From IMG/VR virus record IMGVR_UViG_3300024518_006178, positions 1-64,000 of that record: a DNA stretch of 64,000 bases; one strand, written 5' to 3'. The position numbers were made by a program, and so were the translations under genes. The DNA is from a virus. Below, one piece after another: positions 17,458 to 26,606 of this stretch (positions are counted from its first letter, which is position 1; each line of letters opens with the position of its first letter). Under the pieces are notes generated by a model that did no database searches, had not been told where the DNA came from, and was given only the letters and a program-made list of their open reading frames with translations.

Positions 17458-18024
17458 TTATACCCCCTTTTCCTTGGGTATTTCCTGTAGCCCCATGCCG
17501 TGGGGATCGTACTCCGGCTCCTCTTCTTTGTCGTCGTCGTCGTCATCTTCGTCGTCTCTATCTTCGTCGTCAGCCTCGTCAACCCGCCCTTTTATTCCTT
17601 TTGCGTCGGCCCTCATCTCCTCAACTTTATCGAACTCCATGTCCTCGGGGTACGTCTTCTTGAGCTCCCGGATGAACTGTCGCTTGAGGGCCTCGGCGGT
17701 CCATGCGTCGATGTTTTCCAGGACGGCGGTGAAGACCGGTATGCTGATGGCGTCGTCACCGGAGTCGGCCTCCGGAGGGTACCTCTCAAGGGCGTACTTG
17801 GTGTTGAGCCCCGAGCTTTGCCATGCCATCCGCAGCCTGTCCATGAATGCCGGATCGCCGTCGACCGGGAAATGTATGACCAGGTTGTGGAAGATCTCGT
17901 GCTCATCGGTACCGACCTCACCCCTGTTCATGGGCCTGCACAGCCACGCTATCTGGAGCGGCTTGCCGCCAAGAATGATCTCTTCGTCGTTGATCGGAAC
18001 CCTTCTCATTTCTCCCATTTTCAT
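17458..18024 (-). CDS. hypothetical protein with highly acidic C-terminus
   Basis: AAGGAG RBS; D/E-rich tail. Confidence 0.65.
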   Translation of the reverse strand: MKMGEMRRVPINDEEIILGGKPLQIAWLCRPMNRGEVGTDEHEIFHNLVIHFPVDGDPAFMDRLRMAWQSSGLNTKYALERYPPEADSGDDAISIPVFTAVLENIDAWTAEALKRQFIRELKKTYPEDMEFDKVEEMRADAKGIKGRVDEADDEDRDDEDDDDDDKEEEPEYDPHGMGLQEIPKEKGV

Positions 18025-18110
18025 CTCCTTAGTAGTCGTAGTTTTTCAACTGAATCAGAGGATAGCTTGGATGGGTGAGCTGCGTATTGCAGAAAGTCGT
18101 AGTAGTGCAC
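18021..18110 (-). CDS. possible 29-aa leader ORF (MHYYDFLQYAAHPSKLSSDSVEKLRLLRR)
   Basis: AAGGAG RBS inside hairpin 18115-18136, GTG start, stop overlaps the next ATG (ATGA). Confidence 0.35.
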   Translation of the reverse strand: MHYYDFLQYAAHPSKLSSDSVEKLRLLRR

Positions 18111-18144
18111 GGCAACGGGTCTCCTTCTTGACCCGTCTTATACC

Positions 18145-18498
18145 TCAATAATGCTTCCATTCACCCTTCTGTAAAGCCATGTCAATATGCTCAGGATCCT
18201 GAGGGCTTCCGGCCTTTGCGATCTTTTGGGTCATCTCAACCATGTTGGGCCACGAGGCCTCGTCACATTCCATCTGCACTAGAACGTCCTTCATGTCATC
18301 CTCGTAATGACGGATGAGCGCGAACTCGATCTTGCCGTTATTTCTCTTCACGCTTATCAACACAAACCGCCAGTCCGGCCCGTACTTGAGATCGTCGAAC
18401 TCGGTCCAGTCGGACCAGTAGATCTCATGCATTACATCGTCGTCGTCAATCGTGATTGCCGGGTGGCCAGCGGGGAGGGTATATATCTCGTCACTCAT
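18145..18498 (-). CDS. hypothetical protein
   Basis: Coupled to the LexA-like ORF. Confidence 0.6.
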   Translation of the reverse strand: MSDEIYTLPAGHPAITIDDDDVMHEIYWSDWTEFDDLKYGPDWRFVLISVKRNNGKIEFALIRHYEDDMKDVLVQMECDEASWPNMVEMTQKIAKAGSPQDPEHIDMALQKGEWKHY

Positions 18499-18841
18499 TC
18501 TGTAGTTCTTTCGCCAGGTCGATTATGAAGCCCCGAAACTCTTTGTTCTTCGTGGCCATGCGACGTATGCGAGCTTCGGCAGACGTGTCGGGCCTGAACT
18601 TTGGGTCGCGTATCGTGATGGATCTTGCCTCTTGGTGCTTGCTCGCTACTGCGCCCTTTTTGGTGAGCGCGCAGATGTGCCCGTGGGCGGTGGCGGTTGT
18701 CACGTCCAGAAACTTGGCAATTTCGCCGAGGGTGGGAGAGCGATCATACAGCTCTATGTATTCACGTATGAAAGCCATTACGGCTTCCTGCTTGTCGGTG
18801 TAGTTGAGGTCGATGACGTTCTTCATCTTAACTTTCATCAT
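18491..18841 (-). CDS. LexA-type winged-helix DNA-binding protein without peptidase domain
   Basis: TDKQEAVMAFI...SPTLGEIAKFL...TAHGHICAL.KKG....ARSI. Confidence 0.75.
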   Translation of the reverse strand: MMKVKMKNVIDLNYTDKQEAVMAFIREYIELYDRSPTLGEIAKFLDVTTATAHGHICALTKKGAVASKHQEARSITIRDPKFRPDTSAEARIRRMATKNKEFRGFIIDLAKELQNE

Positions 18842-19208
18842 CGATCCTTATCTTGCAGTGCTGGGTCAGGTACTGGTTAACGACAGCTCCGGCTAGATCC
18901 TTCATGGCGGCCTCCCGCCTCACGCCCTCCAGCTTCAGCTCCTGATGGGCGTCGGGGCTGACAAACACAGTGATCTCCACCGAGTCCGTGGACTTCCCGT
19001 TGATGCCGTTCAGCTTATATTTGCTTGGGCTCCCTCTGAAGTCGTCCAAGACGAGCTGCACCGTTTCCTGCACTGGCTTTTGCAGCTTCACGGCTAGCAG
19101 CTTCAGACGCTTCCTGATCGCCTTAGGGGCCCGGACCACCAGTGGCCTGAGCCCCTTGTTTTTGTAGAACCGACTGCCTCTTGCCTGGGGTGCGCTTGAC
19201 TTCGCCAT
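18828..19208 (-). CDS. tandem ribbon-helix-helix regulator
   Basis: Two strand-helix-helix repeats (LVVRAPKAIRKRLKLLA; ITVFVSPDAHQELKLEG). Confidence 0.55.
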   Translation of the reverse strand: MAKSSAPQARGSRFYKNKGLRPLVVRAPKAIRKRLKLLAVKLQKPVQETVQLVLDDFRGSPSKYKLNGINGKSTDSVEITVFVSPDAHQELKLEGVRREAAMKDLAGAVVNQYLTQHCKIRIDDES

Positions 19209-19228
19209 GGGGCCCTCCGTTTGGAGGC

Positions 19229-19258
19229 ATTATAGGGTTACAAGTTTACCCGCGTCAA
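19229..19258 (-). promoter_or_regulatory. sigma70-type promoter TTGACG-N18-TATAAT with an imperfect palindrome in the spacer
   Basis: Consensus boxes; spacer GGGTAAACTTGTAACCC. Confidence 0.65.
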
Positions 19259-19282
19259 GTGAAAGTGTTGGCAAAGGGTAAA

Positions 19283-19477
19283 TTAGGGGTTCTTGGAGCC
19301 TTTAGCCGGGGCCTGACCCCAAGCCTTGCCGCAATTGGGGCACTGGTGGGCCCCGCTGGCGAGTTTAGTCATCTCGCCATCCGTGGGGCGCAGGCCCTCG
19401 CTGCACTTGCAGGAGACGCCGAGCTTGGTCATCTCGCCGTCATTCTGGTTCTGGGGCGTCTTCTCGCTGCTCATCAC
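19283..19477 (-). CDS. small zinc-ribbon protein with duplicated DGEMTKL
   Basis: CKC..CPNC; AAGGAG RBS. Confidence 0.55.
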   Translation of the reverse strand: MMSSEKTPQNQNDGEMTKLGVSCKCSEGLRPTDGEMTKLASGAHQCPNCGKAWGQAPAKGSKNP

Positions 19478-19958
19478 TTTCTCCTTCTTCTGGGGTCTCG
19501 ACTAGGCTGCTGAGACCCTCTTGGGTGGTCTTGGCGTGCTCGATAAGTTCCCTGGCGGTCGACTCTGAAATGTCGCATTCCTCTAGCATCATCTTAACAC
19601 GATCTTCTTCAGTAGTATCGAAATCATTGGCTATCTCGTTGGCTCTGTGCGTGAGTTTTTGCATGGCCAGCATCTTGCCATTGAACTCATCTATCGTGAT
19701 TACGCCCTTATCTTCTAGGATTCTGCGGATAACTTCGATCATGGACATGGCAGTGTGGTTGTTCATCGCAAGCTCGTTCATGTGCGAGATGAACTGATTG
19801 GTGACCCCCATGATCTCCTGGGTGACCATTTGGCGGACCATGGCTCCCATCATCTGCGGGTCCATGCCGCCAGACATGGGGCTACGGGGTGGCGCGCCAG
19901 GGACAGTGTTAAAGGGTCCTCCATTTGAGGGGGCGTGCCTTCTGCGTCGTTTACTCAT
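19440..19958 (-). CDS. hypothetical helical protein
   Basis: Start reassigned to MSKRRRR after GAGGAG. Confidence 0.6.
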   Translation of the reverse strand: MSKRRRRHAPSNGGPFNTVPGAPPRSPMSGGMDPQMMGAMVRQMVTQEIMGVTNQFISHMNELAMNNHTAMSMIEVIRRILEDKGVITIDEFNGKMLAMQKLTHRANEIANDFDTTEEDRVKMMLEECDISESTARELIEHAKTTQEGLSSLVETPEEGESDEQREDAPEPE

Positions 19959-20469
19959 AGTAGTCTCTCTCCTCTCCCCAATCGGTGTCGTTTTCATTGA
20001 CCACGTTGGCCAGATGTTCGTACTTCTGAAACTCTCTTTTCTTCTTGGCTCGCTTCTGCTGTAGGGCTTTGGCTCGCCTCCTGAGACAGTCGATACGCAG
20101 TTCTCCGGTGTCCATCCTTGCCGGGATCAGGCGCAGCCTTGCCGCGTCCCAGGACACCTTCTCGTTACTGGCTAAAATAAAAACCTCCGAATAATGAGCC
20201 TGACAGAGGTCTGTGACTTCGCACTTGGTTGAGCAGCCGTTGACCGCGCATTTTTGTCCGGGCTCGCGAGAAGCTCTGCGAGGTTCGACAAGGCTGTCCT
20301 TGCTGTGCCTCATCCTGTTGTAGTGCAAAGAGCACATCCCCCTGGCGTAGAGCCTGGAGGAGCAACCGGACACGCGGCACTTAGGCCGCGCCCCCCTTCG
20401 GGGTTTCAGATGGTCCCATGCAACCACAGTGGTTTCCGGGAACGAAATCCTGAAGGGGGGCATTGACAT
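19951..20469 (-). CDS. protein with two C-x4-C-x9-C-x2-H zinc-finger repeats
   Basis: CRVSGC..CSLHY and CAVNGC..CQAHY. Confidence 0.6.
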   Translation of the reverse strand: MSMPPFRISFPETTVVAWDHLKPRRGARPKCRVSGCSSRLYARGMCSLHYNRMRHSKDSLVEPRRASREPGQKCAVNGCSTKCEVTDLCQAHYSEVFILASNEKVSWDAARLRLIPARMDTGELRIDCLRRRAKALQQKRAKKKREFQKYEHLANVVNENDTDWGEERDYYE

Positions 20470-20471
20470 GT

Positions 20472-21185
20472 CTATTCCTCCTCGTCTTCTTCGAAGAGGT
20501 CGAGCTGTTCCAGTGCCAGGGGATAGTGGATCGCCATCTGGCCCGAGCGATTCAGCCAGTCCTGCTCGCGCTCAGCGCCGTGCTTCTTGGATCTGGAGTA
20601 CACGTCGCGAACCCACATCGTGGACTCGCGATTCTCGGGCACGTCCAGGATCTGCAAGTTCTTGACCCTGACGATGGCGGGCCGGAGCGGCTCACGCCCG
20701 AGCACGAAGGCGATGGCCTTGTCCGGGATACGGAAGCAGGGCACGCCGCCGGACTCCTCCATCATGTCGTCGTTGTCGGCGCTGTAGCTGAACTGTGGCA
20801 GAGACTCACCGGCATCGGTGCACCTTTCCAACAATCCCAGATACATCATCTTGCTGTAATGATTCTGTATGTCACCAATCACGGTATGGTCCCTGTGCTC
20901 AAGCGGGACCTTCTTGGAGCTGGACTTGATATGGACATGGTTGCTTTTCGTTGTCTGCATCATGTCCATGATTTCGAACAGGAACTGGATCTGAGTGTAA
21001 GTCGCCTTATACTCGTACCACTCCTTCAAATGACTATTGCAGGCCGGGCATCGCACCTTGATCGTGCCTGCCGCCTGCCTCACCTTGAACTCTTCGAGGC
21101 AGCTGCTGGCCAGGTGGCTCAGCTCCTCGTCCGTGAGCACGCTCACGTCAATCGTTGCCGTTGCCGGTACGCTGGTCGGGGTCAT
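20472..21185 (-). CDS. hypothetical protein (CPAC motif)
   Basis: 237-aa coupled ORF. Confidence 0.6.
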   Translation of the reverse strand: MTPTSVPATATIDVSVLTDEELSHLASSCLEEFKVRQAAGTIKVRCPACNSHLKEWYEYKATYTQIQFLFEIMDMMQTTKSNHVHIKSSSKKVPLEHRDHTVIGDIQNHYSKMMYLGLLERCTDAGESLPQFSYSADNDDMMEESGGVPCFRIPDKAIAFVLGREPLRPAIVRVKNLQILDVPENRESTMWVRDVYSRSKKHGAEREQDWLNRSGQMAIHYPLALEQLDLFEEDEEE

Positions 21186-21715
21186 TTCTTTCTCCCTAAG
21201 GCCATCAGGTAATCCGGAACACCGTCCCGGTCTACCATCGGGCAGACATTTTCGATCATCGAAGGGCGGATACTCTTAACGAGCTTTCCCTTCTCTTTTC
21301 TTATACCGTAAACGTTTGCCATAAAGTCGTCGAGGAATTGCCAGTCAAGCATGTATGTAACGCCAAGGTCTGATATATTCCAGACCACCGCTGACCACGC
21401 CCCGGCCTTGCCGTAGCGGATCAGCTCCTTGATTTGGTGCATCTTCAGGCCGGATTTATTCTTGAGGTCTATAGGTAGGCGCTCTTTGTGTTCCTTGGCC
21501 TCCATACAAATGAAGCGACCGGATCCGACCCAGATGCCCTCGTAGTCGAATCCGGTCCTGGCCAGGTAGACCACCTTGCCGCGCTTTACTGTTGTGGGAA
21601 CTTCTTTCTTGTCGATGTACGCAATGTCCTGATTGGCATACATCATGTGGGTGAGCTCTAGAGTCTTCTCAAAGCCCCTCCCTCGATTGGCGAAGGATGA
21701 TGCTGGTATGCCCAT
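21182..21715 (-). CDS. recU: RecU-family Holliday junction resolvase
   Basis: ANRG..FE, K...P, DY.G, F..EAK, HQ motifs. Confidence 0.75.
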   Translation of the reverse strand: MGIPASSFANRGRGFEKTLELTHMMYANQDIAYIDKKEVPTTVKRGKVVYLARTGFDYEGIWVGSGRFICMEAKEHKERLPIDLKNKSGLKMHQIKELIRYGKAGAWSAVVWNISDLGVTYMLDWQFLDDFMANVYGIRKEKGKLVKSIRPSMIENVCPMVDRDGVPDYLMALGRKK

Positions 21716-21724
21716 AGAGCGGCC

Positions 21725-22081
21725 TCATTTTTGGACTTTGACCTCCATGCCCATCTCGACGCTAAGGTCATGGGCGGCAGCCTTGAGGAGGTTCTCCATG
21801 GCCATATATAGCGGGTTACTATTTTCAGCGCTAGCAGTAATTTCATCTTTTTCCTCTCTCTCCACGGGCTGCCCCTTTTTGGACGTTGCGAGCTCGCCAA
21901 GCGCCTCCTGTACCGCATGTTCGAAGAGCTCCCTGGGCATCATGGGCTCCAGGTTTATGGGCTGAGTGTGGACGTTGCGGGGGGCTATATCCCCCGCGCT
22001 GTTTTTTCTCATCCAATGCCCCTTGATGCGCACCCGGCCCTCGCGGAGCGTGACCTCGATGATTTCAAACCATACTTCCAT
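21725..22081 (-). CDS. hypothetical protein
   Basis: AAGGAG RBS. Confidence 0.55.
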   Translation of the reverse strand: MEVWFEIIEVTLREGRVRIKGHWMRKNSAGDIAPRNVHTQPINLEPMMPRELFEHAVQEALGELATSKKGQPVEREEKDEITASAENSNPLYMAMENLLKAAAHDLSVEMGMEVKVQK

Positions 22082-22084
22082 GGC

Positions 22085-23050
22085 CTACTCCTTTTTTCTG
22101 TAGATTGTGCCTGACCTCCAGCTGGGCCAGGCGAACGCGATGTGCTTGAAGTCATTCTCGTCGTTGAATCGGTCGGTGATTCTATCCCCAAGCTCCTCAC
22201 GCCAGCGTGAACCATCATTGTTTGTGATGTAGATGCTGGACTTCTGGTTGTCTATGCGCCCATGGATTATGTACGAGAGCTTCTCGAATTCCCAGGCCGA
22301 CCCGCTTTGTAGACCCACTTCGTCGACCACGAGTATCGGGACCTCGGTGAGAAGCTTCAGGCGGTTGGTCTCGGCCAGCGCGTCATTGCCGCCGTAGCAG
22401 GCCTTGATGCTCAAGAACATCTGGGTGGCGTTCACCATGAGCAGGTCGCGCGGCAGGTGCCGGTGGATGATCCCCAGCAGGATCATGCAGGCCGTCATGG
22501 TTTTACCGTTGCCGGGCTGTCCGGTGAAGACGAGGGACTGACCGGACCCGTCCTCCCAGTTTTCAACCCAGTGCTTGGCAAATTTGACCAGGCGCTTCAT
22601 TTTGTCCCAGTGCTCGGGAACGTGGTTCTTCAGGTGCGCGGCACCCGTATTTTTGGAATCCGTGACGAACTTGTCGAAGGTCATCCCTCTGTACTTCGCC
22701 GGGATTCCCCGGTCAATGGTCAGGTCATCGATTTTCCGTTGCCGGGATCGATCACTGGCTCTCTGCCTGGCGTTGTCACGCTCGTTGTCCCGACAGACAC
22801 TACAGGGGTAGAAGCCCCAATACCTATTCTGGGTCTCAACGTCCACGCGTACCCGGGGCTCTATAGGGCTGCCGCAGTCCGTACATGTTTTGGGCTCCGG
22901 CTTATCCTTCGGCGGCACGATCTTAGGCATCGCCTTCGCCAAGGCTGACTTCATCGAGAGCGGACCTTGGGGCTTCCGCTGAGGTGTAGGAGTCGTAGTC
23001 GAAGTTTCTGGTTGGTCCCTTGGGCCCTTGCTTGCTCCGTCCGTTGGCAT
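22085..23050 (-). CDS. DnaC/IstB-like helicase loader (AAA+)
   Basis: CxxC..CxxC, Walker A GQPGNGKT, Walker B LVVDEVG, ITN, RITDR. Confidence 0.85.
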   Translation of the reverse strand: MPTDGASKGPRDQPETSTTTPTPQRKPQGPLSMKSALAKAMPKIVPPKDKPEPKTCTDCGSPIEPRVRVDVETQNRYWGFYPCSVCRDNERDNARQRASDRSRQRKIDDLTIDRGIPAKYRGMTFDKFVTDSKNTGAAHLKNHVPEHWDKMKRLVKFAKHWVENWEDGSGQSLVFTGQPGNGKTMTACMILLGIIHRHLPRDLLMVNATQMFLSIKACYGGNDALAETNRLKLLTEVPILVVDEVGLQSGSAWEFEKLSYIIHGRIDNQKSSIYITNNDGSRWREELGDRITDRFNDENDFKHIAFAWPSWRSGTIYRKKE

Positions 23051-24125
23051 ATTTGCCCTCCATAATGTTTCTCATGCTGGAGCTATTCTTGATGAACCAT
23101 ACAAGGTCCGCCACCCACCCGTTGTCGCCGCGACAGTGTGGGGAATTTTTAGCTTTAACTATGGCCTCTGCCCATTTTTCGGCAAAGAACTTGTCTTTGA
23201 AGCGGGTGTTTATCTTTTTGAGTCGATCATCGTCTTTGGCCAATGGAGTGATCGAGTTCGTCAGGATAGACTTCCCGCCTGTTCGCATGCCGTTCCAATA
23301 CAGCCTGACCAGTTCGAACCGCGCCAACTCCGCCCTGCTGGCGTGCTTCTTGTCTCTCATCATATTCGTGAGGTGGGCCGCCATCTTGGCGGCCATGGCC
23401 ACGGGCAGGATCTCTTCGGATGATTGCCCGCGATATGTGCCCACCCGTATGTTTTCGAGGACTTCGTCGTACTTTGTTTCGCTCTCCGCCAGTATCACGA
23501 AGTCCCTATTGTATACTAGCACGCTGTCTGTTGAGGCGGATGCCAGCTTCATTAGATTGATGCTTACGGCGGGGTTGGGAAGAGACGCTAGGCCGCTAAA
23601 GTCGTACCGGTGACTCTCCTCCTGCGCCCTTGCATCCTCTTCCTCATTGTCAAACAGCGTGTCGTTTTTCTGCTCAAACGTATCAAGATGGCTGTCATCC
23701 AGTGGAACCAGAGTAGGTTGCCCCTCGGTGTCAGAAGCGGCCTGGAATACCGAAGGGAAATTATCCGCGCCGCCCTTGTACTTGTTGATGGATATTACCC
23801 AGCAGTCATCCTTCCTGGTCGCCCCTCTAGCCAGCACCTCGATGAATTTGATTTCCTCAAGATGGTTGAGGGCCCTGCGTATGGATGTGGTGGAGATCTT
23901 GAGGTCTGCCTCGTGGACCGCCCCGTGATCCCTGCCGAAGGAGAGCATGGCGGCCAGCTCCTTGATTGGAAACGAGATCTTGCCCCGGTCGACCCCCTTG
24001 CTCTTGGCGTAGCAGAGCATGTAAGTGTAGAGCATGAATGACAGGGGCCTGGCGAGGAATTTTTCCGAGTGGTCCCAAATGCCGTGGCTCAATGGAGCAA
24101 AGAACTCGGGGGTGTTGTCGCTCAT
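22923..24125 (-). CDS. phage replication initiator-like protein
   Basis: N-terminal wHTH (SIRRALNHLEEIKFI); C-terminal GWVADLVWFI...IMEGKY; adjacent to the loader. Confidence 0.7.
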   Translation of the reverse strand: MSDNTPEFFAPLSHGIWDHSEKFLARPLSFMLYTYMLCYAKSKGVDRGKISFPIKELAAMLSFGRDHGAVHEADLKISTTSIRRALNHLEEIKFIEVLARGATRKDDCWVISINKYKGGADNFPSVFQAASDTEGQPTLVPLDDSHLDTFEQKNDTLFDNEEEDARAQEESHRYDFSGLASLPNPAVSINLMKLASASTDSVLVYNRDFVILAESETKYDEVLENIRVGTYRGQSSEEILPVAMAAKMAAHLTNMMRDKKHASRAELARFELVRLYWNGMRTGGKSILTNSITPLAKDDDRLKKINTRFKDKFFAEKWAEAIVKAKNSPHCRGDNGWVADLVWFIKNSSSMRNIMEGKYANGRSKQGPKGPTRNFDYDSYTSAEAPRSALDEVSLGEGDA

Positions 24126-24255
24126 GATCGCCTCCGTATGCGTTTTCTGCTCTTGATAACATGATTCCTCCAGGCGTCAAGGTGCGCATTTTGCCGCACT
24201 CAATATATTGCATATACCGTATTTTCAGCCCCAAGATATGGGGCCGGAGCAACGT

Positions 24256-24283
24256 AAAAAGGACCGGGCTTTCGCCCGGCCCC
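24256..24283 (-). terminator. intrinsic terminator after UvrD
   Basis: CCGGGC-GAAA-GCCCGG hairpin plus T5 on the minus strand. Confidence 0.75.
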
Positions 24284-24345
24284 TAGTTGGGTCCAGATGT
24301 GAAGTCTATCAGTGTTAGGCGGTAGATGCGGGGGGAAGGGGGGAG

Positions 24346-26151
24346 TTACTCATGCAGTTCCTCCAAGAAAACGGACCGTTCCATCATGCGGTCCTTGCCC
24401 CGATACAATCGCTTGCGCACGTGCGACAAGACCAGATCGCCCATTGACCGAGACATGCCGACATACAGTAGTCGACGCTCCTCTTCAACGAGATCGCGCT
24501 TTTCATCAGTGTCCGCCATATTATTCAGCGGGAACATTAGATTCTCAAGGGCCGGGATGAATACCACGGGAAATTCAAGGCCCTTTGAGGCGTGCACCGT
24601 CATCATGCGGACGCTATCTTCATCTTCATGAATGTCGTCCTGGCTAGTGACCTCGTGCAGATGCTCCAGATAGTTTTCTAGAGTTATCTCGTCCGTGCTT
24701 CCGGCGCGCCATTCTCCGATAAAATACAGCAGGTCCCACAGGCTTTTACAGCGCGACTCCAGGCCCTCGGCTTCATACACGTCATCTAGCCACTTATGTG
24801 CAATTAGCACCTGATCTTCGAAGCTGGCGTCGTGAAGCTTCTTTATGTCGAGTAGCCACTGTGTATCCTTCAGGGTTCTCTCCCTGTAGTAGAGAAGCGT
24901 GGACTCCAGAAGCGTTATGTTTGCCGACGCCGCTCTGGCCTTGATGGTGGCGATTTTGGATCTGCTCAGCCCCAGGTGGGGCATGCGCATGACCTGCTCA
25001 AACGGCAGCTCATCCAGAGGATTGCGAGCAAGCTTAAGCAGGGAGTGAAACAGTCGCACTTCCTCCAGGTCCAGGAACTTGAGCCTGGTGCCAGCAATGA
25101 CGACAGGTATATGTTGACTGGACAGGTTCTGCGCTATGTGTGACTCCACAGCATGTGTGCGACACAGCACGGCTATATCCTTAAAGGGCACGCCCTTGGC
25201 GGACAGGCCCTTGATTTTGGTGGCAATGCCAGCGGCCTCTTCATCCTCGTCGTCAAACACCCTGATAGCGAGGTTTCCGTCGGTCTTTGTGCTTACCAGG
25301 GTCTTGGCGCTGCGATTGTAGACATTGTTGGCGATAAGCCTGTTGCAGGCGTCGGCTACGACAGTAGGGCAGCGATACGTAGTGTTCAGGATCACGTCTT
25401 TGTGCTTGGGGAACGCCATCTTCAGTCGCTCGATATTGCGAATCTCAGCCCCACGGAAGCCGAAGATGGTCTGATCAATGTCGCCGACCGCGAACACGTT
25501 CTTGTGTTGGTCGGCCACCATCTTTGCTATGGAGTAGTCCTCTTGGCTCGTATCGTTCATCTCATCCAGGTGCACATACCTGAACATGTTGGCGTAGTAC
25601 TTGACCGACTCGGGGTGCTTCGTGAACAACTCTATGGTCTTGCTCAGAAGCATGTCGTAGGTCACGGCGTTGTTCTTTCTGAGCCGTATCATGACCTCGC
25701 GGAGCACGCGCGCCCGGCTTTCAGGCACGGTGCCCCTGTGGAACTCATTCAGGAACGTCTTGGGCTTTGTCTTTATGTGAAGATCCTGATGTACCGCCTT
25801 GATTATGTCCATCAAGTCACGGTCATCATATACGCTGAAGTTCTCCTTTAGCCCGGCCTTGAAGTACCAGGTGTAGAGGACTCTGACGCAGAAGGCGTGG
25901 ATCGTTGTGATCCACAACTGGCTGGCGACTGTCTCGCCGAGCGCCTCTGTGAGGCGCGTCCTCATCTCCTTGGCCGCCGCCTTCGTGAAGGTGAAGGCCA
26001 GGATCTCTTTGGGTGAGGCCCCGTGGTTTTCCACTAGGTTGATAATGCGTGAGACGAGAACCCGAGTTTTTCCCGAGCCTGGCCCCGCCGTCACGAAACA
26101 GGACGTGATCGTGTCTACTGCTTCTTGCTGTTGCTGGTCGAGGGTGACCAT
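24346..26151 (-). CDS. UvrD/PcrA SF1 helicase
   Basis: AGPGSGKT, FTFTKAAA, DE.ND, VGD.DQ.IFGFRGA, TVHASKGLEF, EERRLLYV. Confidence 0.92.
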   Translation of the reverse strand: MVTLDQQQQEAVDTITSCFVTAGPGSGKTRVLVSRIINLVENHGASPKEILAFTFTKAAAKEMRTRLTEALGETVASQLWITTIHAFCVRVLYTWYFKAGLKENFSVYDDRDLMDIIKAVHQDLHIKTKPKTFLNEFHRGTVPESRARVLREVMIRLRKNNAVTYDMLLSKTIELFTKHPESVKYYANMFRYVHLDEMNDTSQEDYSIAKMVADQHKNVFAVGDIDQTIFGFRGAEIRNIERLKMAFPKHKDVILNTTYRCPTVVADACNRLIANNVYNRSAKTLVSTKTDGNLAIRVFDDEDEEAAGIATKIKGLSAKGVPFKDIAVLCRTHAVESHIAQNLSSQHIPVVIAGTRLKFLDLEEVRLFHSLLKLARNPLDELPFEQVMRMPHLGLSRSKIATIKARAASANITLLESTLLYYRERTLKDTQWLLDIKKLHDASFEDQVLIAHKWLDDVYEAEGLESRCKSLWDLLYFIGEWRAGSTDEITLENYLEHLHEVTSQDDIHEDEDSVRMMTVHASKGLEFPVVFIPALENLMFPLNNMADTDEKRDLVEEERRLLYVGMSRSMGDLVLSHVRKRLYRGKDRMMERSVFLEELHE

Positions 26152-26606
26152 CCTTGCTCCTTGAGTATGCCCGTAATGTCAGGGGGCTGAAGGTCCTTGG
26201 GCTTGATCCACTTGCCGCCATCATCCTTATACCCGCCTGGGCCGAATTTTTTCAGGTTGTGGCCGTCAACCTCTTCGAGAAGCTTCTCGTCCTTGATGCC
26301 GCAGGCGCTGAGCGTGCCGGTGGTCACGACCGATATGTCGGCGCAACCGTCAGCGACCTCGACAAGGTTGACTTCCTCTTCGGGCATGAATTTCAGGTCG
26401 TCGATCCGAACCGGATAGTGGATGCCGTCTCCGTGCAGCAGCGTTGTTATGCCCAGGCCCTTCCAGATTGTCTCCAGCGCCTCCTCCAGAATAAGGCGAG
26501 CACGAAGGATGCGCGTTTCCTCGTCCGGGACGGTAGGCGTGTCAGGGAGCTCCTGCTCCGCCTTTTCCATGAAATCTTCGACCCGTTTTTGATGTGGTGT
26601 CTGCAC
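26115..26606 (-). CDS. MazG-like/PRA-PH NTP pyrophosphohydrolase
   Basis: LRARLILEE..E, EVADGCAD, EV...NL.K, GKWIKP. Confidence 0.75.
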   Translation of the reverse strand: MQTPHQKRVEDFMEKAEQELPDTPTVPDEETRILRARLILEEALETIWKGLGITTLLHGDGIHYPVRIDDLKFMPEEEVNLVEVADGCADISVVTTGTLSACGIKDEKLLEEVDGHNLKKFGPGGYKDDGGKWIKPKDLQPPDITGILKEQGWSPSTSNSKKQ

